From: Lama guanicoe | Taxonomy: Eukaryota | Assembly: GCA_013239625.1 (NCBI GenBank) | Contig: MU053561.1 | Span: forward strand, 3,550,283 to 3,614,282 | Direction of reading: 5' to 3' | Length of the DNA: 64,000 nucleotides | Shown here: piece after piece, positions 1-11,749 of the stretch | Numbering within the stretch: position 1 is the stretch's first letter | How the letters are laid out: every line of letters begins with the position of its first letter | Notes under the pieces: generated by a model | Told to the model about the DNA's origin: nothing | Seen by the model: only the letters and a program-made list of their open reading frames with translations | Database searches by the model: none | Made by a program: the position numbers and the translations under genes

Positions 1-174
1 AAATCCAAAGGAGTGTCAGGATGGCTGTACTTTTGAGGAAAGACTGATAATATGAAAAAATTCATTTTAGTTAATTTCACCTATTTTATAAATTTTTCTT
101 TTCTTTCTCTCTGTGTGTGTGTTGTGTGTTTTAAAATCTAGGCAATGGTTTAATCAATCCAGAGTTGAAATGAA

Positions 175-1869
175 TAGAAGGTGGATTCAGGATCTCTTCC
201 TCTTACTATATTATTGCTCGTGGGATTTGAAGCTTCTATAATTTAACAGGCCTTTTAAAAGAAAAAGATTTCTAATACAAAATTAAGTTCAAGAATGAGC
301 ATTATTTAGAATGACTTAAAAAACACCCTGAATTACACATTAAAAAATACTTAAGTGCCACAAGCATCACAAAGTCCAAGAAAATCCATAATATTTTTGT
401 TTCTTAACTGTCTGATAACCCTGTAGATTTTTCCTTCATTTTTGGGGACTCCGTACTGTTGGATTACTTCCTCACATGACAAAGCTCTTGTAATGTTTTC
501 TTTTTAGAGAGTGTAAAGATAAATCAATCTTTCCTATAGAATGGTTGATCAAATGAATGATTTAGAAAAGTTTCTGTGTGCTTCACGACTCATTATTGGC
601 ATCATCCCATAGGTGTTTAGGGTTATATACAAATTTTGAAAACTTCAAATTTTTGTTATCCATAGGATTTCAGAGCATTTCCAGTTTGTTATAGTTGTTG
701 CTATTTAGTGCCTAATCTTGAAGGTTTTGACTTGATGGTGTTCACTGCTAACTACTTTGCTGTCAATGTCCTCACTGGAGTGGTGTATTATGTATTACAT
801 CATTTTTGTTGATATGCATATTCCTGTCAAATCATCAAGAAATATAAATATTTTATCAAATATGTTCATATAGCTAACTCTTCTTCATTAATTGGATCAT
901 TAAATAACCCAAGAGCCTATTTATTATTTCTATTAACAATTGATCTCTTCCTCTTAATGATTTGCTACTTTTGGAAAGATATTTTTTGGTTACAATTCAC
1001 TTTAGATGTCAGAATAATTTCTACTGACTGCATATGCAAATACATGAAAAACAATTTTATTGTGTGATATATAAAATAGATTTTTAAAAAGTTTCTTTTG
1101 TATAGCACAGGGAACTATATTCAATATCTTGGAATAACCTTTAATGAAAAAGAACATGAAAATAAATATATATATGTATGTGCATGACTGAGACATTGTG
1201 CTGTACACCAGAAACTGACACATTGTAACTGACTGTACTTCAATAAAAAAATTTAAAAATTAGAAAAAAACCCGACAAAAGTATAATTGCATCTTCATGT
1301 GTATTCCCAATAGGAAAGAACTTCATTTTGAGTAAGTGTCAATGAATATTTAACCCTTTGTTTAAAATTGATTAGAAAGAATTTTCTACAGACTGTCTTC
1401 TGGCTCTATTTCAAAGCTTTATTTTCCTCCACCAAGGTCATAGAGCACATCCCCATTGTGATACAACATTTAGATCTGTGACTTTACATGATGACACCAG
1501 ATGAGTTTCCACAGTGGGCTGTGGAAATGTTCCTGAAAGCCACTCCTACCACAGGATGACTAAGAATAATTATATATACGAGTGACTGGGAATCACATAA
1601 ACACATCCCTTTAAACCCAAATGAATATATTTCTGACAGCACTTGCCTTAGCTGGCCGCCCCAAATGCCTGGAGCCACTTGGATGCCACCTGGTAGGAGG
1701 GCAAGTTGGAGTAGAAAGAGATGGCAGTCTGATCTATTATGACTAAAATATACGACTTTTACAAATTTTGCAGAAAGACATGACAAATGAATGCATTGCT
1801 GAGGTTCCTCCTAGCAGATGGGGGCACCAAAGCTTAACCTGTATCAACTTCATGATAAATACACCTGTG
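175..1869. mobile_element. Ancient hAT-Tip100 DNA transposon (Zaphod-like), interrupted by an L1 3' fragment
   Basis: Degenerate terminal inverted ends (tagaaggtggattc at 175; aaatacacctgtg ending 1869) and subterminal 'caccaaagcttaacctgtatcaacttcatgataaat' resemble the recalled Zaphod termini. AT-rich internal region. Confidence 0.6.
1099..1270 (+). mobile_element. L1 3' UTR terminal fragment
   Basis: 'tgtatagcacagggaactatattcaatatctt...tgctgtacaccagaaact...acttcaataaaaaa' is a typical laurasiatherian L1 3' end with an A-rich tail. Confidence 0.85.
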
Positions 1870-2209
1870 GACCTTGGGGTGGGGATCTGGGGGCATTGAT
1901 AATTTGGAGAACAAGGACCAGACTGTGGAGAGTGCAGGTGCAATGTGGTTCTGCTACTTGTTTTAATTACTGTCTGTGATTCTCCAGCCTAAGGATGTTG
2001 GGTGTTTAACTCCCTGACGTGGATGTAGTGTGAGAATCCAATCACAAGCTGTCCTCAAATAAATGATATAAGAAAAAAACTCCCCCCGCCCTTTCTTTTT
2101 GTCCCTTTTGCTCCCACATGGTTCATTTTTCCTTTTTTTCTTTCAGCCATATGGTGTCCTCTAAAGATTTCTTCTCTCCTATAAAAGTTTGTTCTTGGTA
2201 AGGATTCAG

Positions 2210-2350
2210 CTAGCTCACTTGTTCACTTATTCACAAACGTTTATTTTGCATGTACTATGGATTAGCCCCATTTTGCTTATGGGAAACAAAGCAACGAACA
2301 AGACAAAAACATCCCTGGCCTCCCAAAGCTTATATTCTAAAGCGAGAGGG
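2210..2350 (-). mobile_element. L2 3' end fragment
   Basis: 'cacttattcacaaacgtttattttgcatgtactatg...aacaagacaaaaacatccctggcctcccaaagcttatattcta' follows the L2 tail pattern. Confidence 0.6.
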
Positions 2351-3027
2351 GCTGAAAGTAAACTGATGTCCACTTTAGCAAAGCCGAGTCTTTAGTACCA
2401 CATTAGTGCCCTCATGGAAATTGTATCTGAGGTCTTTAATCACTTGTTGCTAACGGGCTGTCTTTATTCCTGAGTTAACATAATTTCAAATGTCAGGGAC
2501 TTGAGGGAGATTTTCAGATGGGAAGGGAACACTTTTCCAATTCCTTAAAGCCTTCCATTTTTATTTATGCACAAAATGAGCCTCGGCTTCCATAAGTTTG
2601 ACTGACCCTCCTCCAGCCCATGCCCCACCTGCTAGGAACTGTATTACTATTGTCAGAGCCTCTGGAACAGTCTCTGGTCTCTTGACCAGGGCATCCTGAG
2701 GGCCATTTTGAACTGTACAGTAGGATGTGTCTACTTCATCCTCTTCAACAGGTCTGGTGCTAAGGTTGAGTATGGCCACAGTAGGTATCCATTTCTAAGA
2801 CTTTGGGTCCTTTTACCTGGTCATATTCAAACTGTCCTAAGTGATGACAAGGCTTTAGGTTTAGTGCTAAATTATTTCATAACTTAGCCATTTTCACTGC
2901 AGAGGAAGCCATCTTGTTAGGTTAAAAGGCAGTTTCTCTTCTTTGTGTCCCTTAGTCAATATGACATTCCTTGAACAGGCAAATGTTTGTCATTGTCACT
3001 AGCACTATTTGGGGGTCTTTAACAACT

Positions 3028-3440
3028 TGTATTAGTTAAGTTCTACTTATAAGCAACAGAAAAGTCAAGCCAAAGTAATTTTATAAGTCAAGCTTTATAA
3101 AAAAGTACAGCACACACAACTGAAGTCCAGAGGGGACTTGAGGCTTTGAGCTTGATGAGGTCTTATGGCTCTGGCTTGATTTCCCTATAATTCTCTTCGT
3201 TCTGTCCTCTTCCCACTCATAACCTCATCGTCAGCCTGAGAGCAAGACTGCTGTAGCAGTTGGCCTCACGTCCAGGAAGAGTGATGTCCAGAGAGACTTT
3301 CCATGGCAGTCTCTGAAGAACAAGGCTACCTCCCCCAGTCTTTCAGAAAACCTCTCCTTTTGCCTTGTTGGCCCGAATGAATGTACGATCATTTCTGAAC
3401 CAAACCTTGGCAAGGAGTTGAGATTAGCCCCTGCCCAGGA
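3028..3440. mobile_element. Old MaLR LTR (MLT1J/K-like)
   Basis: Begins 'tgtattagttaag...aagcaacagaaaa' and contains 'ttggcccgaatgaatgtac...tctgaaccaa', typical of old MLT1 LTRs. Confidence 0.55.
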
Positions 3441-4816
3441 GTAAGTGGAGGTGAGAAGTTGGGATTGATATTTTGATTTCTGAACTTACTTCTCTAGCTG
3501 CCCGGTTATGAGATCAGGCTTACACATACCAGTTGATGATCATTTAAAAAAACTTAAAGCTATGTTCAGTATCAAGAAAATGAGGCTGGATATAGTCCAT
3601 ACATAAATATATATATATTTAGCTAAGGAGTTAAATTTTAGTCCCCAAGCCGTAAATGCCAAAGTTCCCATGGAAAGTTTGAAGAGATTTTGCTGAGTAT
3701 TCTTGCCACATAGGAAGAAATTTCCCCAATCCCACCCCAACATGAACATCATGGGGTCACTGGTTTCACCTGCTTCTTGACGTGTCTTAAGCCGCTGAAG
3801 GCCTGGTCATTCTCTCTGGTCTCTGATTTCCTCCTTTTCTTTTTGACTCAAACCTCAGCTGGCTCCTAAAATTTCAAGGAGATCTGCTGTTCTCCCTCTG
3901 TTTTCTTTGAGAGGTAGAACAGAAACGGGCTATACAGAAATCCTTGGATTTTATGTAAATGACCCACCTTCCCTTCTTTCCTTGGGGTGTTATAAAAATC
4001 AGTGTTCTAAAAACATTTTTCCAAAGTGCTCCCTTGAGATACGAAGAAAGTATCTCAGAACAGCAGTTTCTCTACAAAAGCTTTTAAATGGAAGGAGGGA
4101 GGGAGGGAAAGTCACACATATGCCTCTGGCATTTTTCAGACTTCTGAAAATTAAAAAAATATATATATATAATTATAGAAATTATTTTGGCTTTTCACCA
4201 TGAAGTAGTTCACAAACTGTCCTGCATTCACATTTCCCACTTAGCTGGCTGTTGACTTAAATAGGGCGCCTCTTTGGGAAAGGTTAGTACATCAGAGTGG
4301 TGTTTGTTGAAAGTGACAAAAGTGATACACTAGGTTTGTATTTACTCTGTCATTACCAGGATTCTTTTAACATCCTTTTGATGTGCTAATAGTCCTTCCT
4401 GCAGAGAATTATGCAAACAAACAAACTGTTGATTAAATCAAGAGCAGCAGCCCCCATAGAACTACACTGTGCAGATTTACTTAGACTCAAGCCAGGCAGT
4501 GGCCTTTGCTGCACAGGATGCTCCCAGGGACCAGCTCTTTGCGCATCTGTGCCCCTCCCAGGAAGGACTACGGAAGCTTTGTGTCTGCTTGGCCCTTGGG
4601 GATTTCAGAGCTCCCTCCTTCGGGGACTCTGGACATACTATCCCAACTCACTCGAGAAGATCAACTACAGATCCAAGTGCCTGAACACAGGGACTTAGTT
4701 AGGGAGGCAACATAGAATTTTCCAGAGACCCTATGAATTCCTAAATTGTTAGAGCTCCTGTATGGCTTGCAACTCTCTACGGGGTGGAAGTTTTATTGCA
4801 TTAAAAACCAAGAGCC

Positions 4817-5107
4817 ATATGTGTGGAAGCTAAAAAATACAACGAACTAATGAATGTAACATAAAAACGCAGAAATAGAGAACAAACTAGTGGTTACCAG
4901 TTGGGAGGGATTGGGGGGTGGTCACTAATAAGAGTTGGGGGGGTGGGAGGTACAAATTATTGGATGTAACATTGGCTCAAGGATGTATTTATAGTATGAG
5001 GAATTTAGCCAACATTTTGTAAGAACTGTAAATGGAAAATAACCTTTAAAAAACTGCATAAAAATAAAAATGTTTTAATCTTTTTTAAAGCACAAAAAAA
5101 AAAAAAA
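4817..5107 (+). mobile_element. L1 3' end
   Basis: 'atatgtgtggaagctaaaaaatac...gagaacaaactagtggttaccag...aaatggaaaataacctttaaaa' plus A-rich tail. Closely similar to 19560-19818. Confidence 0.85.
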
Positions 5108-6529
5108 CCTGCCAAAAGGATGTGCTGTCCTGTACCCCGAGTCTTGGCTGGCTGAGTGCATTTCACTACCGACTGCTCGTGGTCATAGGTGCTACCATCT
5201 ATAAATGTGGCATGACTGTTGTTGCTATTATTGGGCAATTAATGCTTATTCTGGTCCAAGTCGGGCCGAACATCACGTGTGCCGACGCTGGGCATGTGCA
5301 GAGAGGGACCCTGCTACTTCTTGGTCCCAGGTGTGCTCCAGTTTCATCCACAGCCCGCACCGGCCCTGGCCCTCCTTGGTGCGTTCCTGCGCTGGCATCT
5401 CCATCTGGCGGCCCGCTCTTCCTGTTGGGTGATTTTCAGGAGCACAGCTGCTGACAGACGTTGTGTCGCACATGGTGTTTTTTTCTCTCTAGCTCTAGGT
5501 TTTTGTCTCCCGAGAGTAATCCCAGTTTGCCTTTTTTTTTTCCTGCCCAAGCTTTCAATTGTTTGGGTCAATCTTTTCCTCCCTTTTCTCCCTAGAACGT
5601 CACTTGGTGTTGTGCAGTCACACTTTGCAATGGTCGTTTTGCAAAGTGTTTTCCCACACAAAACCTCGTGACTCCCATGTCTTCAGCTGGGCTCCATGGG
5701 AGGTTCTGTGCCCTGGGCTCCACTCCATCCCCACCACCGTCCAGCTGCCAGTAGATGGAAGAAGACCCCTGCCTGTCCCCATGGAGCACGATAAGGAGAG
5801 TGATGTGGAGATGCTCTCTGGAGCCCCCAGCTAATGCGTTAACTTGGGGAGGCCAGATGCCACTGCTGGAGATGGACCCTTTGGCCTAAATAAGGCATTC
5901 TTCCTACTTAAAATGGATGTAAGAGGGGTCACTTCAGTGTAAATGAGTCACCTGGAGCTGCCCAAGGAGAGGGTTCTGAAGAGGTAGAGGATGTTGGAGA
6001 ACTTTATGGGTTAAGTTCTGGAGCGGGGCCAGGTGGGAATGAGGCTGGGGGAGGCAGATGGCATAGGCAGGAAGGAGATACTCTCCATCCACGAGGCTCA
6101 TCTGCCTCCCAGCTTCGCTCAGGGCTGGTCCTTGGTACGTTGGCTGCCAGGATGGAGTGGGTTCTGGAGACTCAGCATGGGACTCGCTTACCCTGGGCCC
6201 TGATGGACCTCAAGACACTTGGCCTTAAGATTCCTGGATTCTACAAAGTAATCAGTTAGCCCAGTAAAAGAGAGTGGGCTCTCTGGTTTTGGGGGGTTGA
6301 TTTTATTTCAGTTCTCTTTGTTATTAAACCACTGGTTGTTCTTGGAACTGACCACATGTGTCACTGAGCAGCCTGGCTGCTTTGCTGAAGAAACACAAAC
6401 AAATGACATGACTGATTCTTTTGTTGTTGTGTAACCAGGCCTTTAAAAACCAGTCTCTCTTCAAGTACAAGCAAAGCCTCTGGGAATACGGCACTAGGGA
6501 TGCAGGTGCTGGGACCACCAAGGCTGGGG

Positions 6530-6715
6530 GTCAGTTCCTGGAGCCTCCCTCTGTTAGCTGTGGGGCCACTCTATGCCCTAATCTTTTCATCTGCAAATGC
6601 GGATAATAGCTACACCTATCTTGTGGGGTTCTTTAAGAATAAATGATACTGCACGTGAAGGGTGTACACAGCGCCTGGCAAATACTAAGCACCCAGTAGA
6701 CACTAGTTGCTATTT
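6530..6715 (+). mobile_element. MIR SINE
   Basis: MIR core 'ttttcatctgcaaatgcggataatagctacacctatcttgtggggtt...acagcgcctggca'. Confidence 0.75.
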
Positions 6716-8799
6716 TTTTAATAATAGTATGGGATCAGCAGACCAGCTTCACACCTTTATATCTTGACAATCAGGAAGACTTATAGCATCTTCCCAAAGA
6801 ACCCAGTATATCCCCAGAGAGTAGTACCCAGGGAAGGAGACACACCTATAGCCTTCCTTACCCAGCTGTGTGTAGGAGTAGGGATGGGAGGAAAAATGTT
6901 CTCCTCCCCAGGGTTCTGAAAACCGCCATCATACATGGAGAAAGCAGCACTGACATTGAGTTTGGCCTCCCAGGGGAAGGCACAGGGACTGGGGAATTTG
7001 GAGAACTCTCAGCCTGATTGGTTCCCAGTCCATTAGCCTCAGGAAAATGATCTGTGTCCCCATGCACATATCGGAATGACCTCAGTGCATGGACATGCAC
7101 ACACGCACCCCCACTCTAGGTTAGAACACGAGTGCACTGCATGTGTTTTTCCTCATCTTCCTTCTCCTCTCTTGCATCCTTTGCAGTCCATTCGAGCATA
7201 ATTATTATTGCTTTGCTGGCTCAGTTCTGCGGCTCTCTAGAGTGGAGCAGATGTCAACAGCTCCGAAAGATCCCATGCTATTACACAGCAGAACAAATGA
7301 GGATGTCAAAAAAGGCTCTTCGGTCTAACAAGAAAACAGAGGAAAGAGACAAAAAGAATAAAGCCTTTGGAGACCAGCAGACTCGCTCTGATTAGATCTC
7401 ATGCTAACATGATGCCCACTCTGCGTACTAACAGTGATTTAATATGTTTAAATGATACAGGGGAAATACAGAAGTATGTCTCAGGGAAAAGGAAAAAAAA
7501 AAAGAGAGAGAGAGAGAGAAAAGAGAATTTCTTTCCTGGCAGGCGTGATTAAGATGATGTGGGCTTCCTAGGAAAATATGATTGCAGCCTAAGTCTGTTG
7601 ATTGCAGACCCAAGCGTATTTACCTACCACACCCGACGTTGCCTCATTCACTGGGCAGTGACAGCTTTCTCCACCACCGGGTGAGTGAGAGGGGCTGTTC
7701 TGATGGATTAGCTGCCTAAGTGCTTAACGGGATGTCAGCCTCGCTGCTGGGCCATTGTTTCTTCTCTTAATACGGGCGGCTATACTTTAAAAATGCTTTA
7801 TATATAGTGCCATGAGTCCACAAATCCTAATGATCCAGAACAAAGATTTTAAAAATACTCTGGATTTTTGGAAGTCCAGGAGACGGAAATCTCTCAGCAA
7901 TCAAATGGATATGCCGAAGTCCATGTATTATAGATCATGTCAAGTGATTTACCGATTGAATACATCTTTAGTTCCTTGCCCTAAACCTATTTACTTATTT
8001 TCTATTTCTCGTTATAACCATCAATGTCATAGTTCTGTTTCACGAGACCACAGCAGAATAGAGGACTTCATTTAGAAAGGCCGACTTTGGGATAGGGATG
8101 ATGGAGTGAAAGTCTGTCAGGTTTATATAAAATCTTGATAGTATCAAAAAGTGGTATCTCATAAGTTGACAGCAGTGTGAAGGTGCAAATCCTACAATGA
8201 CGTGAGAGCATTCTATATGGTTTTTTTTTTTTTGACTCTTATTTGTTCTTATACCTTCCACAGTGGATCTGAGGCAGCTCCCTAGGGACTTTTTGTTATA
8301 TAGATAAAGGGTAGCACATACTTCAAAAATCTCTGAGGAATAATAGTTTAAAAAAAAAATCAGCTCCCTGGAGGGGAGAAGGTTTATCAGTGTTCACTGT
8401 TGAAATGCAAGAAATTGAAAACCCCAGGATTTCCCCCTGTGCCTGAAAATGCCCAGCCTCTTCAGACCAGATGTCAGGACGTCTAGAAGCACAGAACCCC
8501 TCAGTGAGATGAGACCACAAAAGTCACTTGTCCTTGACAAGTGATCAGTCCACCCAAGCTTGATGACATCTAGTGACACTCCCTCATGAGAAGCCAGCCC
8601 ACTGTCAGAGTGCTGTCGTGATTAGAAAGTTCATGCTTGTTGGAACCTCAACACGCCCCTTTGTAGCTTCACCTCATTAGCCATGGCTCCACCCTCCAGG
8701 ACCCCAGGGAGGAACAATCTAAACCTATTACACATGTGACGATAGGGGTCATGCCCCAGGTCCAGCACAGTTCTCCAGGTGTGAGCTAAAGGGCCTAAA

Positions 8800-9010
8800 G
8801 GCAGCCTGCAGTGGTGGTTTAATCCACCTGGTGGGATCACAACACCTATATCCATAGCCTGGCTCTAGGATGTAGCTTTGGACAAGTTACTTACATCTCT
8901 CTGCTCTTCAGTTTCCCCCTCTATAAAATGGGGTGACAGTAGCTCTCAAAGGCCAGTAGTGAGAATGAATGAGAATATCCAGATAAAGACGTTTGCCGCA
9001 CAGCAAGCCC
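8800..9010 (+). mobile_element. MIR SINE
   Basis: 'tttggacaagttacttacatctctctgctcttcagtttcccctctataaaatgggg'. Confidence 0.8.
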
Positions 9011-9089
9011 TCTGCAAATTGGAGCCACCGTTTCAGAGTAAGAAGGGAGACTGCTTCCCTCGTAGTCTGCCCACATTTCCACTACAGCC

Positions 9090-9620
9090 GAAGCTTACAG
9101 GGCACCAGTGATTCATTTTGAGCCTGTAATCAATGGAAACGTCTCTATCATTTTCGCACAGGGTGCTATCAAAGCACGTCCCTTCCATCTGCTGCTTATT
9201 CCATTTTATTTGCTTGTTTACTTTAACCAAGGGTAGGACTTTACATTTATCCCCATTAAACATAATCTTATTAGATCTGGTCCATTGTTTCAGTCTGTCA
9301 AATCTTTTTTGCATCATAATTCTCCTGTCCAGTGTACAGGCTATCTCTTCCAGCTTTGTGTCACCCACAAATGTTATCACTGGGCCATCAGTGTCTTTAT
9401 CCAAGTCATTAATAAAAACACTTAACAAGGCAAGATGGAGGCCAGAAACCTGTGGTGTGAAAGATCCATTCTCTAGATCAACGTCAATCCATTAATTAGC
9501 ACTCCACATCCATTAATTATACTCTGCAGCCAATCAGTTACCCATCTACCTGCTCTGGCTACCATCAGCCCTTCCCAAGACGTACATCTCAACTTCAAGG
9601 AGAGAGATTTATCTGTCAAA
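9090..9620 (-). mobile_element. L3/CR1 LINE reverse-transcriptase fossil
   Basis: ORF 9033-9428(-) reads FINDLD...FVGDTKL...FDRLKQW...FNGDKCKVL...IDYRLKMNHWC, matching CR1 ORF2 (FINDLD...FADDTKL...LDRLEEW...FNKGKCKVL...VDHKLNMSQQC). Confidence 0.9.
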
Positions 9621-10476
9621 TGTCATGCTGCAACCCAAATGCATTTTGATTGCACAACACCTGGAAAACCAGTCTAGCTGCTCTCTCAGAAAGAAACGTG
9701 GCAAGTCTGGGAAAATGCAGACTCTTTGCCTCTCACCTGGAAACAACATCCCACTCTCTAGACAAAAGACCATCCAAACTGTCTGCTCTTTAATTAAAAG
9801 ATCAAACTTCTCTCATGGCTGGACTTCCAGCTCCTTTCCTCAAAGCCTTAGCCCCCTGAAGGAAACAGCGAGTCTCCTAGAAGGTAATTTATCTGGCCAG
9901 GCCTCTGGACCCCAAGGGCTCCTTTAGAAACGTCTCTTTTGCCTTGAGACTCCACTTGCTGTCACCAATATCTGTGAGAACCTTACCTGCTCCAACTGGC
10001 TGATACTTCCCTCAATAAGGAAACTGGAAGGAACAGAAATGGCGAGAGAATGCTTTTCCTTTCTGTCATCTGTTCTTATTATGCCACTAACAATATTGAT
10101 CTCAAGCAATGGACATTATTTTTGTGCTTTGCCAAACGTAATTAAAAATTCTTTGTTTTCTTTATCTTAAGAGACATAAAGTGCCTGGGTGCCTCTTGGA
10201 AGCCCTGGGGGCACGGTCAATGGAAAGCTAGCTTGACCACTAGACCACGACAAGCCAGCTTGCAGTGGTAGTGGCTTCTCTGCCCCAATCACTGGGCTTC
10301 TGGCTGTCCCCCAACCCCATCTCCTATCCTCAGATCCTCATATCCCACTACTGCTAGAGAGAAACAGTGGTTAAGACCTTGGTAATTCTAAGTCCATATA
10401 CTATGTGGCCTTGGGCCATTCTGTAAGGGAGAGGCAACTGTGATTATCTCATAGAGGGGTTGTGAAGATCACTTTA

Positions 10477-10570
10477 CTTTTTTATTTTTTTTAACGGAGG
10501 TACTGGGGATTGAACCTAGGTCCTCGTGCATGCTAAGTATGGGCTCTGCCACTGAGCTACAACCTCCCCA
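10477..10570 (-). mobile_element. tRNA-derived SINE (Vic-1-like) inserted in a MIR
   Basis: Reverse strand 'gggaggttgtagctcagtggcagagc...ggttcaatccccagtacctcc' with A tail. Perfect 15-bp TSD gtgaagatcacttta at 10462-10476 and 10571-10585. Confidence 0.9.
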
Positions 10571-10949
10571 GTGAAGATCACTTTAAAGTGCCACGCATAG
10601 TGCCTGGCATGACTAGTGGTGGCCCACCATCACCATCTGATTTCTCCCTAGGTCTTGTCCCCATTTGCCTCTGCTCTTGTCACCAGTCCCTTGTCCTCCT
10701 CTCAATCAGTGTTAGCTCTGTTCCCAACATTAATTTTCTGCTTGCTCTTCATGGGGGGGTATTTTCTCCCACACACTGGCTTGGACAGTACTTTGTGTAC
10801 ATGGACAACCCCCTGCTGACCCTACTTCTAGAAATAAAGACAAATGTGTGTGAAAATTGTATCAGCTTCCTATAGGGAACAGGTCTCCTTCATGATGAGT
10901 CTCATTGAATAAGGGATAATAGTCCTCGGAATTTTTTCACAAATCTTAA

Positions 10950-11140
10950 AAGCCATAGTGTTTGGAAAATCCTGGCTTCTTCATTTTTAGCTGTATGATC
11001 TTGGGCAGGCAGCTGACCTCTCTAAGTCTCAGTGTCCTCATCTGTAAGATGGACATAATGGTATAGGGTTTGGGGGAACCCACACTGTTTAGCATCACTC
11101 CTCTGCATAGGAAATGCTCAATAAATGTTAGCTGTAATGA
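10950..11140 (+). mobile_element. MIR SINE
   Basis: 'gctgtatgatcttgggcagg...ctcagtgtcctcatctgtaagatgg...atgctcaataaatgttagct'. Confidence 0.8.
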
Positions 11141-11749
11141 CCAGCATCCCTGTCACCATCCTTCCCTACTTCACGTTTCCTAAGGAGTATCTATTTTCTT
11201 AATAGGTGTTATATTTACTCTTTGGTATTTGCTCTTTGATTTGCACCCCTCTTTCCTTCTTCTGTTTATATATGATATTTCTGAACTCGATAGGAATGGC
11301 TGTAAAAACCACATGGATCACTCTGTATCATACTTTTTCTTCTTTGAGAAAATGCATATCAACTGTAAAGCATAGTGAACGTGGTGGTTATTGTGTCTCT
11401 ATAAATTGAGATAAATTGCAGTCATATTTTTCCAATTCCATTTGAGAGTTCATACCCATCCTTGTGTCTTCCTAGGGTTCTTGTAAAAAGTGTATGGAGC
11501 CATGTGTTTACATATTACAGCATGAGTTTCTTAAGGGCAAGTCTGTGTTTTAGTTGTAACTTCTGTTTTTTCAATGTTCAGCATTCATTACATAAATGAA
11601 TTGTTATGTTTATCAAATTTCTATTATATGGCAAGAAACAGCAAGCTATAGTTCCTGCCTTCAAGAAGCTCAAGTACTTGGGGGAGAATTCTGTTTCTGG
11701 TTAGCAGGTGAAAGATGGTAGTAGAACTTCATTCCCATTGTAACACCAC

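Noticed and set aside
2561..2779. 72-aa minus-strand ORF with an acidic stretch (PVEEDEVDTSY)
   Set aside because: GTG start, no recognisable homology, and no splice or retrocopy hallmarks.
5122..5834. Several overlapping 65-130 aa ORFs on both strands next to a poly(A) run
   Set aside because: No recognisable domain. The A run belongs to the upstream L1 tail and the ORF density is explained by higher GC.
10477..10570. tRNA-like sequences (also 27765, 29639, 51005)
   Set aside because: A-rich tails and TSDs identify them as SINEs, not tRNA genes.
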